64,000 bases of DNA from a virus (lineage: Duplodnaviria; Caudoviricetes): IMG/VR virus record IMGVR_UViG_3300032246_000397, positions 186 to 64,185 of that record; one strand, written 5' to 3'. The stretch's first letter is position 1, and every line of letters begins with the position of its first letter. The notes beneath the pieces were generated by a model. The model saw only the letters and a list, made by a program, of their open reading frames with translations. It ran no database searches and was not told where the DNA came from. Below, one piece after another: positions 54,428 to 63,655 of this stretch. The position numbers were made by a program, and so were the translations under genes.

Positions 54428-54621
54428 ACGACTTCATGCAAGTTCAGATTGACGCATCTGAGCGACTGTACAAAATGATGGTGGAAGATCATAAAGAACG
54501 CGTCAGAGATATGGCAATATGGGCAGATACAAGCGTTGGTTTAATGAAAAAGTTAGACGAGCGCGACGCAGAAATACTTAAGTTACGTGAAGAAATAACA
54601 ATACTAAAAGCGAATAAATAA
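54424..54621 (+). CDS. Small coiled-coil protein
   Basis: GTGA overlap with upstream stop. Confidence 0.5.
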   Translation: MNDFMQVQIDASERLYKMMVEDHKERVRDMAIWADTSVGLMKKLDERDAEILKLREEITILKANK

Positions 54622-55577
54622 TGGCTGTTACATCCGGACAAACTACGTTTAACCTAGACCTCTCTGAGCTTATTGAAGAAGCCTTTGAGCGTTGTGGCTC
54701 GCAGTTACGTTCTGGATATGACATGCGCACTGCCCGTAGATCTATTAACTTGATGACTATTGAGTGGGCTAATCGCGGTATTAACCTTTGGACTATTGAA
54801 GAGTGCGCAATTCCTCTAGTTACAAACCAAGGCGTATACCCAGTACCTGCTGATACAATTGATATTTTAGATCTTGTAACAAGGACAAACAATGGTAGTT
54901 TCTCTACTCAAACTGACATTAATCTCAGCCGTATATCTGAGTCTACTTATTCTACTATTCCTAATAAACTAACTACTGGGCGTCCTATTCAAGTATGGTT
55001 TAGCCGCCAAACTGCTCAAACTAATGGTCTTGCAACTACTACTGTTGCCACCGGTACAACTACTCCGTCAGTATCTACTACAGATACAACCATTAATTTA
55101 GTTAGCGTAGCTGGTTTAGGTTCTACTGGGTTTGTAAAAATTGATAATGAGACTATCGGCTATACAAATATTGACGCATCTACTAACCAATTATTAAACT
55201 GTTGGCGGGGTCAAAACGGTACCGTAGCTGCTACCCATAGCGCGGGTGCTTCTGTATATATTCAAAATTTGCCTTGTGTAAATATCTGGCCTACCCCAGA
55301 TGCTGGCGGCGGTCCTTATACTTTGGTTTACTGGCGCATGCGCAGGCTGCAAGATGCTGGGGATGGCGTAAATATTCAAGATATTCCGTTTAGGTTTATT
55401 AACTGTTTTGTAGCAGGGCTATCTTATATGTTGAGCATTAAATTACCTAATACAGACCCACAAAGAGTTATGGGGTTAAAAATGGATTACGAAGAACAAT
55501 TTACCTTAGCGTCGCAAGAAGATAGAGAAACTGCGCCAATTAGATTTGTTCCACGCAATCTGTTCTATTCGAGGTAA
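54621..55577 (+). CDS. Head-tail adaptor/tail tubular A-like protein with inserted domain
   Basis: IEEAFERCG...WANRGINLW core; context. Confidence 0.6.
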   Translation: MAVTSGQTTFNLDLSELIEEAFERCGSQLRSGYDMRTARRSINLMTIEWANRGINLWTIEECAIPLVTNQGVYPVPADTIDILDLVTRTNNGSFSTQTDINLSRISESTYSTIPNKLTTGRPIQVWFSRQTAQTNGLATTTVATGTTTPSVSTTDTTINLVSVAGLGSTGFVKIDNETIGYTNIDASTNQLLNCWRGQNGTVAATHSAGASVYIQNLPCVNIWPTPDAGGGPYTLVYWRMRRLQDAGDGVNIQDIPFRFINCFVAGLSYMLSIKLPNTDPQRVMGLKMDYEEQFTLASQEDRETAPIRFVPRNLFYSR

Positions 55578-55580
55578 GCT

Positions 55581-56009
55581 ATGCCATCACAGTATAGTTC
55601 TGGTAAATATGCCATTGCGGAATGTGACCGCTGTGGTCAAAGATATAAATTAGTAGAGCTTAAAAAGCTTACGATTAAGACTAAACAGGTTAGCATTAAA
55701 GTATGTTTTGAGTGTTGGGAACCAGATCAACCTCAGTTACAATTGGGTATGTATCCGGTTAATGACCCACAAGCAGTTCGGGAACCAAGGCCAGATACTA
55801 GTTATTATGCGTCTGGACAAACGGGTTTACAAACTCAATATGGTAACGGAGTGGCTATAGACCAAAACGGATATCAAGCCGAAGGCAGTAGAGTATTTCA
55901 ATGGGGTTGGAACCCTGTTGGCGGGGCAAGTAGTTTTGACACAATTTTAACGCCAAATTACTTGATAGCAATAGGGCAAGTAGGTACAGTAACACTAACA
56001 ATTAATTAG
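55581..56009 (+). CDS. Zn-ribbon conserved protein
   Basis: CDRCG...VCFECWEPDQPQ...PRPD. Confidence 0.65.
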   Translation: MPSQYSSGKYAIAECDRCGQRYKLVELKKLTIKTKQVSIKVCFECWEPDQPQLQLGMYPVNDPQAVREPRPDTSYYASGQTGLQTQYGNGVAIDQNGYQAEGSRVFQWGWNPVGGASSFDTILTPNYLIAIGQVGTVTLTIN

Positions 56010-56018
56010 GAGTAAGTT

Positions 56019-56216
56019 ATGACATTTAAATCAGGCGCTAATGGCATTGAGTCCAAAGGCAAAACAAAAGGTAAGAATCTAGGTGATTCAGGCCCTACAG
56101 CTAAAGTCGACAACGGCGGAAAAAAATCTGCTGGTGTAACGTCTATGAAGATGAAACAAGTAGGACGCAATATGGCTCGTGCTATGAATCAAAAGTCTTC
56201 TGGTAGAGGTCGTTAA
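56019..56216 (+). CDS. Small basic protein
   Basis: KGKTKG motif; GRNMARA. Confidence 0.65.
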   Translation: MTFKSGANGIESKGKTKGKNLGDSGPTAKVDNGGKKSAGVTSMKMKQVGRNMARAMNQKSSGRGR

Positions 56217-56218
56217 TC

Positions 56219-56497
56219 ATGGCTAAATTTTCTATGAAAAAAGGCGGGAAAGAAGTTGGCAATGCCAAAGTCTACGCAAAACCTCATGATATGTCTGGCA
56301 ATGAAAACATTGATTTAGGTGTGTGCTATGCCACAGATCCAAACTCTATGGCTGCTAACGAGTCTACTCCTGGCGGTATGCCAGCTCGTAGAGTAAGTAT
56401 TGGTAATATTACTCGTGGTCCAAAGACTGATGGCATGAAACAACGTGGATCTGGCGCTGCAACTAAAGGCTTTACATCTCGTGGTCCAATGGCTTAA
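56219..56497 (+). CDS. Small basic protein
   Basis: MKKGG; RGSGAATKG...GPMA. Confidence 0.65.
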   Translation: MAKFSMKKGGKEVGNAKVYAKPHDMSGNENIDLGVCYATDPNSMAANESTPGGMPARRVSIGNITRGPKTDGMKQRGSGAATKGFTSRGPMA

Positions 56498-56509
56498 GGG
56501 TAAACCCTA

Positions 56510-57430
56510 ATGAATTATGTGCAACTGTACCAAGCAATACAGGACTATTCTGAGAATACAGAATCCCTATTTGTAGGGAATATAGCTCGGTTTGTCCAAG
56601 AAGCTGAAGACCGTATATATAACTCAGTCCAAATCCCATCGTTGCGTAAAAATGTAACAGGTACACTTACGTCTAGTAATAAGTATTTGTCTTGCCCTGA
56701 CGACTATTTGTCTACCTACTCAATGGCGGTAATTGATACAGACGGTTCATACAAATACCTACTTAACAAAGATGTTAACTTCATCCGTGAAGCTTATCCG
56801 ACACCAACATCTACGGGTTTTCCTAGATATTATGCTTTGTTTGGATCTCAATATAGCAATCCAAATGAGCTATCTTTTATTGTAGGACCAACGCCTGATA
56901 GTTCCTATACTACTGAACTACACTATTTTTACTACCCAGTATCTATTGTTCAAGGCGTTATTTCTGGCCTTAACCCACCTACTGGGGGTTCTTCTTATAC
57001 CACTGGGGTTTATCCTAATGTTACATTGACGGGCGGTCAAGGCTCTGGGGCTACGGCAACTATTACTGTTGCTGGTGGGGTTGTTTCAAGTGTAGCCCTT
57101 ACTAATGGCGGTAATTTTTATTCTGTTGGTAATAGCCTTACAGCCGCATCTTCCGATATTGGTGGCACGGGTTCTGGGTTTTCTGTAACCATAAGTGCTG
57201 TTAATAATGCTGCTGGTACAAGTTGGCTTGGCGATAACTATGACCCAGTCTTATTCTATGGCGCTATGCGTGAGGCTATGCTCTTTATGAAGGGCGAAAC
57301 CGATTTGGTTAAATACTATGAAGATAAATATAACGAGGCACTAGCTCAGTTAAACCGCCTTGGTTCTGGTTTAGAGCGTGGCGATGCCTACAGAGATGGG
57401 CAATACAGAATTGGACAGGTTAAACCATGA
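56510..57430 (+). CDS. Head-tail connector-like protein with inserted Gly/Thr beta domain
   Basis: Helical N/C core (FVQEAE.RI, GPTPD..Y..ELHY) with GGQGSGATATITV insert. Confidence 0.6.
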   Translation: MNYVQLYQAIQDYSENTESLFVGNIARFVQEAEDRIYNSVQIPSLRKNVTGTLTSSNKYLSCPDDYLSTYSMAVIDTDGSYKYLLNKDVNFIREAYPTPTSTGFPRYYALFGSQYSNPNELSFIVGPTPDSSYTTELHYFYYPVSIVQGVISGLNPPTGGSSYTTGVYPNVTLTGGQGSGATATITVAGGVVSSVALTNGGNFYSVGNSLTAASSDIGGTGSGFSVTISAVNNAAGTSWLGDNYDPVLFYGAMREAMLFMKGETDLVKYYEDKYNEALAQLNRLGSGLERGDAYRDGQYRIGQVKP

Positions 57431-57852
57431 CAATAGCCCAAGGCCAATGCACAATATTTAAACAAAACTGCTTAAGTGGATTAGAGAACTTTGCGGTTGG
57501 AACTCCTTATACCTACAAAATTGCTTTATATACCGCTAATGCCACTTTAAACCAATCAACTTTGATTTATACAACTACTGGCGAAGTGGTGGGTACTGGA
57601 TATACGGCTGGTGGTCAAGCTCTTACTGTTATACCCCCACAAACCAATGACTATACGGCGTATTTGTCTTTTAATACAGTAACTTGGAATCCAGCTTCCT
57701 TTACGGTTAGGGGTGCTTTAATCTATAATAGTACGACTAATGCGGCTGTAGCAGTACTGGATTTTGGTGCGGACAAGACACCTACAACAAGTTTTACAAT
57801 AACATTTCCTACGGATAACGCTGCTAATGCCATTATTCGTTTTTCAAATTAA
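57427..57852 (+). CDS. Tail structural protein
   Basis: YKIALYT..GY.AGG..L..GALIYN..VLDFG.DK. Confidence 0.65.
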   Translation: MTIAQGQCTIFKQNCLSGLENFAVGTPYTYKIALYTANATLNQSTLIYTTTGEVVGTGYTAGGQALTVIPPQTNDYTAYLSFNTVTWNPASFTVRGALIYNSTTNAAVAVLDFGADKTPTTSFTITFPTDNAANAIIRFSN

Positions 57853-57861
57853 GGAGTTTTT

Positions 57862-58467
57862 ATGCAAAAAGAAATAGCAAGCTGCGGCGATAAAGCGGAA
57901 ATTAGTTTACAGACTAACGCAGTGGGTACAGAAACAGTAGGTATTGATGGTATATACCATGTAGAGTGCCGTGATGCTGCCGGAAATTTAAAATGGACAG
58001 ACGAGTTCCCTAACTTAGTTAATGCTGTTGGTAAGCAGTTAATGTTAGATACCCTGTTAAAAGGCTCTGCTTATACTGTTGTTGGCCCGTTTTTAGGTTT
58101 GATCGGTACTACTAGCCCTACATTTGCAGCCGCCGACACAATGACTTCACACGCTGGTTGGACCGAGTTTATTAACTACACCGTTGGTGGCTCCGCTGTT
58201 CGTGGCACGGCAGTGTTTGCTTCTGCTACTTCAAGTGGAACTACGCCATCTAACGTAACAACTTCTGCTGCTACAGCTATTACTTACACTATTACTGGTG
58301 CTGGTGGTAACGTAACAGGTTGTTTCTTGTGTACTGGTTCCGGTGCAAGTTCAACTCAAAGTAACACTGGCGGAACTTTATACAGTGCAGGCGCATTTGC
58401 AACGGCTAAGACTACAACAGCTGGCGATACAGTAAGCGTTACATACTCAACAACCGCTACAAGCTAA
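57862..58467 (+). CDS. Tail structural protein
   Basis: KW.D..NLV..G; DTM.SHAGWTE. Confidence 0.65.
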   Translation: MQKEIASCGDKAEISLQTNAVGTETVGIDGIYHVECRDAAGNLKWTDEFPNLVNAVGKQLMLDTLLKGSAYTVVGPFLGLIGTTSPTFAAADTMTSHAGWTEFINYTVGGSAVRGTAVFASATSSGTTPSNVTTSAATAITYTITGAGGNVTGCFLCTGSGASSTQSNTGGTLYSAGAFATAKTTTAGDTVSVTYSTTATS

Positions 58468-58477
58468 GGAGTCCTAG

Positions 58478-61069
58478 ATGGCTCTAGTAGTTAATGACCG
58501 TGTCCAACAGACTGGTACTGCAAACACAACTGTAAGTTTTACGCTTACTGGTTCTGTTACTGGGTATCAGTCCTTTGCCGTTATTGGAAATGGTAACACT
58601 ACTTTTTATGCGGCTACAGACGTATCTGGAAGCTGGGAAGTAGGTATTGGTACATACTCAACTACTGGGCCGACTCTAACCCGCACAACAATCTTATCTT
58701 CTAGTAACTCCGGCTCTGCAGTTACATTTAGCGGTACAGTTAACGTATTTGTTACATACCCTTCTGAGCGTTCAGTAAACCTTGATGCTTCTGGAAACGT
58801 TACTGCTTTAGGCACAATTACTTCTGGTGTTTGGAATGGCTCAACTATTCCTGTGGCTTATGGTGGTACAGGGGTTACTACTTCTTCCGGTGCTAATTCT
58901 GTTGTTTTAAGAGATGCTAGCCAAAACATTAGTTTTAACAATTATGTGGCTGGGTATGCTGTAACAACAGCAGCTGCTGGTACAACGGTTTTAACTGTAG
59001 CCTCGGCAAGAAATCAAATATTAATTGGTTCTACTACACAGACTTTTCAGTTACCAAACGCTACAACATTACAGCTTGGGCAAAGTTTTCTTTTTCTTAA
59101 CAATTCTTCTGGCGTTTTAACAGTTAAAGATAATGCGTCAACCACAATTGATACTATTCCGTCTGGAGCGATTGTTCAGATAGGAGTAACAAGTATTGCA
59201 ACTTCTGCGGGTTCTTGGAGCGCTTATTCTTTTTTACCCGGCTCATACGATTTTAATAACACCACTGCAACTTTTAATAATGCTGCCATTTCCAATGCGG
59301 TTTGGAACGGAACCACAATTGCTTCCGGATATGGTGGTACAGGCTTAACGACTTTTGGTGCGGCAAATTACGCTCTTTACTCTACATCGGCTTCTGCGCT
59401 AACTGCAGGTACTTTGCCTGTTGCTGCTGGTGGTACAGGTATTATTTCTTTGACAGCAGGGTATATCCCTTACGGTAACGGCACATCTGCTTTATCTAGT
59501 TCTTCAACATTAAACTATGATGGAACTACTTTATCTTCAACTCGTTATACATCTACAGCCACAGTTACGGCTTCTTCAAATGTAGGTGCTTACGCTTATG
59601 GAACATTAAATTATTCTGACACCAACATTATGGCGTCTTATAGTTCAAGCGTTAACGGCTATAACCAAGTAGTACTACAAAACTTAAATGCTGGCGCATC
59701 TGCTTCTACTAGTTATATTGTTTCCAATAACAACGGCACATCAACAACTGGATACGGCGATTTTGGTATTAACTCGTCTGGTTTTTCTGGCACGGGTTCT
59801 TTAAATGGTCCGGGAAATGTATTCTTAGCATCCGCTTCTACAGACCTTGCTATTGGTACATACGGCTCAAACAATATTCGTCTTGTAACTAATTCACAAG
59901 CTACTGACGCACTTACTATTGGAACGGCTAACCAAGTTGCGTTTAACGGCTCTTACGGTACTACTGGGCAGGTATTAACTTCTGCTGGCTCTGGTGCTGC
60001 TCCTTCATGGACTACGTTATCTACTGGCGGCGGAACAGTTACCACAACAGACTTTACTGCTACCTCCGGGCAAACTGTATTTACGGTTAACTACACAGTG
60101 GGTTCTACTGAGGTTTACCAGAACGGCGCTAAGCTAGGTATTGCCGACTTTACTGCTACTAACGGCACTTCAATTACTTTGGCTACTGGTGCTACTACTG
60201 GTGACTTAATTGAAGTTGTTACATTTAGTAACTTAAACTTGTACAGCACAATTACTTCTGAGACTTTCAACGGTACTGGATCACAAACTGTATTTACAAT
60301 GAGCGCTGTTCCGGCTAATGCTGCTTCGTTATTAGTAGCTATTTCTGGTGTAGTTCAAGAACCTACTACTTACTCAGTATCAAGTAACACTCTTACGTTT
60401 AGTACCGCACCTCCGTCTGCTTCTGGCAACATATCTGTTCGTTATTTAGGTATTGCTACTACAGGCTCTTCGTTTAGTGCAGGCACAACAGGCTTTACTC
60501 CATCTTCTGCTACTACAGGCGCAGTTGTGCTTGGTGGTACTTTAAACGTAGCTAACGGCGGCACAGGCTTAACAACAGCCGGAAGTGCTGGTCAAGTTTT
60601 AACTACTAACGGAAGTACATTAAGTTACGGTTCTGCAATAGTTAGCGGTACTGCGGTAGCCTCTACAAGCGGAACAAGTATTGATTTTACTAGCATACCT
60701 AGCTGGGTAAAAAGAATTACCGTAATGTTTTATGGTACTAGCACTTCAGGCACAAGCACTATTTGGTTACAAATAGGTTCATCAGGCACTCCACAAACAA
60801 CTGGCTATGTTGGCAAATCTACAAGTGCTTTTGTTATGTTTGTTAATCCATTAGCCGCAGGAACTTTAGGTGGAAATATTATATTAACAAATCCAACGGG
60901 AAATAATTGGTGTTGTAGTGGAAATTTAGTGCAAAGTGATGGCAATTCAGCTAACGGAACAAGTGGTGGATATGTTTCACTTTCAGGAATTTTAAACATA
61001 GTTCGTATAACCACAGCAAACGGCACGGATACATTTGATGCTGGAACACTCAACATTCTTTACGAGTAA
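58478..61069 (+). CDS. Tail fibre protein
   Basis: WEVG.GT..LTRTTIL.SSN head; repeated (L/I)PVAxGGTG; ATSGQT.F domains. Confidence 0.75.
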   Translation: MALVVNDRVQQTGTANTTVSFTLTGSVTGYQSFAVIGNGNTTFYAATDVSGSWEVGIGTYSTTGPTLTRTTILSSSNSGSAVTFSGTVNVFVTYPSERSVNLDASGNVTALGTITSGVWNGSTIPVAYGGTGVTTSSGANSVVLRDASQNISFNNYVAGYAVTTAAAGTTVLTVASARNQILIGSTTQTFQLPNATTLQLGQSFLFLNNSSGVLTVKDNASTTIDTIPSGAIVQIGVTSIATSAGSWSAYSFLPGSYDFNNTTATFNNAAISNAVWNGTTIASGYGGTGLTTFGAANYALYSTSASALTAGTLPVAAGGTGIISLTAGYIPYGNGTSALSSSSTLNYDGTTLSSTRYTSTATVTASSNVGAYAYGTLNYSDTNIMASYSSSVNGYNQVVLQNLNAGASASTSYIVSNNNGTSTTGYGDFGINSSGFSGTGSLNGPGNVFLASASTDLAIGTYGSNNIRLVTNSQATDALTIGTANQVAFNGSYGTTGQVLTSAGSGAAPSWTTLSTGGGTVTTTDFTATSGQTVFTVNYTVGSTEVYQNGAKLGIADFTATNGTSITLATGATTGDLIEVVTFSNLNLYSTITSETFNGTGSQTVFTMSAVPANAASLLVAISGVVQEPTTYSVSSNTLTFSTAPPSASGNISVRYLGIATTGSSFSAGTTGFTPSSATTGAVVLGGTLNVANGGTGLTTAGSAGQVLTTNGSTLSYGSAIVSGTAVASTSGTSIDFTSIPSWVKRITVMFYGTSTSGTSTIWLQIGSSGTPQTTGYVGKSTSAFVMFVNPLAAGTLGGNIILTNPTGNNWCCSGNLVQSDGNSANGTSGGYVSLSGILNIVRITTANGTDTFDAGTLNILYE

Positions 61070-61072
61070 ATA

Positions 61073-62029
61073 ATGGCACTGACTAAAACAAACCTAGCAA
61101 ATATAGTTGAAGGCACTTTACCCGCTGCTAACGGCGGTACTGGATTAACTTCTCCCGGAACTTCTGGAAATGTACTAACTTCTAATGGTACAGATTGGAC
61201 CTCTTCTGCTGTTGGTACACCAACTGTTAATACTTATACTTCAGGCACAGGAGCAACTTGGACTAAACCATCAACAGCTAACTGGGTTTTAATTGAAATT
61301 TGGGGCGGTGGTGGTAGTGGTGGCAAAAACACTACAAGTCCCGCGTCAAGTGGTGGTGGTGGTGGTGGCGGATATAATTTTGCATTAGTTAAATTTAGCG
61401 ATTTACAAGGTGCAGTAACTTATACAGTTGGTGCTGGCGGTGCAGCAAAAACAGTAAACGGAATTGGAAACGCTGGTGGGACAACATCGGTTGCACTAGC
61501 TTCATTTGCTGGCGGTGGTACTAAAACAATATTTGCTTATGGCGGTGGTGGTGGTGATGGTGCAACTTCAGGCAGTGGCTGGGGTGGTGGTGGTGGCGGT
61601 ATTTATTCTGCTGGAATTACAGCCAATAGTGCTGGTGCTGGTACTATGGGAAGAGGCGGCAGACCGACTTTAAGCAATATTATTGAGGGGCTTGGTTCAG
61701 GTATTCAATCATGTGACAATGAAGGTTTTGGTGGTGGCGATGGTGCAATAACTACTAATGCAGCAGGGGCTTCTTCAGTTTATGGTGGCGGTGGAGGCGG
61801 TGAATCTGTAAATGGTGCTGGTGGTCAATCACTTTATGGCGGCGGCGGTGGCGGTGGAAATGGTACAGCTAGTGTAGGTGGTGCTTCTACATTTGGTGGT
61901 GCTGGTGGTGCTGGCTCAACTACTGCTACAGCAACTTCAGGAACAGTCCCAGCCGGTGGTGGTGGTGGCTCAACATCAGGAACATCGGGTGCCGGTGCCG
62001 GTGGACAAGTTAGATTTACTTATTGGTAA
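61073..62029 (+). CDS. Gly-rich tail fibre/adhesin
   Basis: GTLPAANGGTG; polyglycine GGGGG repeats. Confidence 0.7.
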   Translation: MALTKTNLANIVEGTLPAANGGTGLTSPGTSGNVLTSNGTDWTSSAVGTPTVNTYTSGTGATWTKPSTANWVLIEIWGGGGSGGKNTTSPASSGGGGGGGYNFALVKFSDLQGAVTYTVGAGGAAKTVNGIGNAGGTTSVALASFAGGGTKTIFAYGGGGGDGATSGSGWGGGGGGIYSAGITANSAGAGTMGRGGRPTLSNIIEGLGSGIQSCDNEGFGGGDGAITTNAAGASSVYGGGGGGESVNGAGGQSLYGGGGGGGNGTASVGGASTFGGAGGAGSTTATATSGTVPAGGGGGSTSGTSGAGAGGQVRFTYW

Positions 62030-62040
62030 GAGATTAAATA

Positions 62041-63270
62041 ATGACACAAGCAAGCAATCTAGGTAAAGGCGGCTCAAACTTTAATAGCACTGGTCAGTTA
62101 AGTCTGACTACGGGCGTTACTGGAACTTTACCCGCTGCTAACGGTGGTACTGGTACAACTTCATCTACTGGTACAGGGTCTGTCGTTTTAAGCACCTCAC
62201 CAACTCTAGTGACTCCTTTGCTTGGTACGCCAACTTCTGGCACTTTAACTAACTGTACTGGCCTTCCTATATCTACTGGCATATCTGGACTTGGGACTAA
62301 CGTTGCAACTGCTTTGGGGGTTGCTGTTGGTTCTGCCGGTGCTCCAGTAATAAATGGTGGTGTTTTAGGCACTCCTTCAAGTGGTACTTTAACTAACTGT
62401 ACATTTCCGACACTAAATCAAAATACTACAGGTACAGCAGCAAACGTAACAGGGACAGTCGCAGTAGCTAACGGTGGCACAGGCTCTACATCTTTAACAG
62501 CTAATAATGTACTTCTTGGTAACGGGACTTCTGCACTTCAAGTAGTAGCTCCGGGAACCACTGGTAACGTATTAACTTCTAACGGTACTACGTGGACTTC
62601 TGCTGCTGCCAGCGGTGGTGGGCAATATCAATACTCATTAGCAACTAGAAGTACAGCATTTAACTCCAATGGAACTCCTTTAGTTTATAACTCTGCTGGA
62701 AGTTTGACTTGGACTGCTCCAACTGGAGTTACTAGAGTAAAAGTAACTGTGATTGCTGGGGGTGGTGCTGTTCAAGGAAATGGCGAATACGCTGGTGGTT
62801 CTGGCGGACAGGCAATTGGTGTTTATACTGTAAGCCCCGGAACTGCATATGCAATTACTGTTGGTATTGGTGGAGCATCTTCTAACGACACAGCTCCCGG
62901 TGGTAGTGGAGGTTCTTCCTCATTCTCTACATTAGCCACTGCAACTGGTGGACAAGGCGGTCAATATGCAACTGCGTTACCGGGAACTAACGGAGCTGGT
63001 ACTAGTGGAAACATAAGTAATACTGGTCAAACCACCAATGGATATTCATGGTATCAACGAACAGACCCAACTGTTGGAAATGTTAGCTTAACTTATACAG
63101 ATGTTGGAGCAATGTTTGGTGGCTATGTTGGAAATACTAACGGAACATTACTTGGACAGGTTTGGACACCTACAAATTCAAAAGCACAGCCGGGAACTCC
63201 GGGAACACGTATTACTACCAATGGTTCAGGCGGTGTTAGCGGTTTAGTTTTAATTGAGTACATAGGATAA
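62041..63270 (+). CDS. Gly-rich tail fibre/adhesin
   Basis: LGTPxSGTLTNCT x2; WTAPTGVTRVKVTVIAGGG domain. Confidence 0.7.
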   Translation: MTQASNLGKGGSNFNSTGQLSLTTGVTGTLPAANGGTGTTSSTGTGSVVLSTSPTLVTPLLGTPTSGTLTNCTGLPISTGISGLGTNVATALGVAVGSAGAPVINGGVLGTPSSGTLTNCTFPTLNQNTTGTAANVTGTVAVANGGTGSTSLTANNVLLGNGTSALQVVAPGTTGNVLTSNGTTWTSAAASGGGQYQYSLATRSTAFNSNGTPLVYNSAGSLTWTAPTGVTRVKVTVIAGGGAVQGNGEYAGGSGGQAIGVYTVSPGTAYAITVGIGGASSNDTAPGGSGGSSSFSTLATATGGQGGQYATALPGTNGAGTSGNISNTGQTTNGYSWYQRTDPTVGNVSLTYTDVGAMFGGYVGNTNGTLLGQVWTPTNSKAQPGTPGTRITTNGSGGVSGLVLIEYIG

Positions 63271-63274
63271 AAAC

Positions 63275-63655
63275 ATGAAAGCCCTAATTAGCCCAGTTCA
63301 AAATAATTTTGTTGTTCAAGTTGAAGAAACTCCTTTTGAAGTAGCAGACCCTTTATTTTGGGTAGACTGCTCTGATGATATCACTCCATATAACTATACT
63401 TACAATGGCTCAACTTTTGAGTCTTATGTTCCAACCATTACTGCACAATATAATAAAGGAAGAGCAACAAAACTTCTTTATGATACAGATTGGGCAACAG
63501 TTAGTGATGTAGCAGACCCAGCATTATCAAACCCTTACCTAACAAACCAATCTGAATTCTTTGCTTATCGTAGTCAATTAAGGGCTTTTATTGCTAATCC
63601 GACTGAAGGCATAGTTTCTTTCCCTACAAAACCAACAGCACAATGGTCTAGTTAA
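63275..63655 (+). CDS. Tail fibre assembly chaperone-like protein
   Basis: LL..TDW...YRSQLR...FPTKP. Confidence 0.6.
   Translation: MKALISPVQNNFVVQVEETPFEVADPLFWVDCSDDITPYNYTYNGSTFESYVPTITAQYNKGRATKLLYDTDWATVSDVADPALSNPYLTNQSEFFAYRSQLRAFIANPTEGIVSFPTKPTAQWSS

Noticed and set aside
61300-62010. GGT/GGC microsatellite-like runs
   Set aside because: Explained by polyglycine coding in a fibre protein.
156-62372. Numerous antisense/overlapping short ORFs in the track
   Set aside because: Shadow frames of well-supported genes on the dominant strand, lacking RBS or motifs.
58478-63270. Diversity-generating retroelement acting on fibres
   Set aside because: No reverse transcriptase and no TR/VR pair with adenine-specific differences seen.
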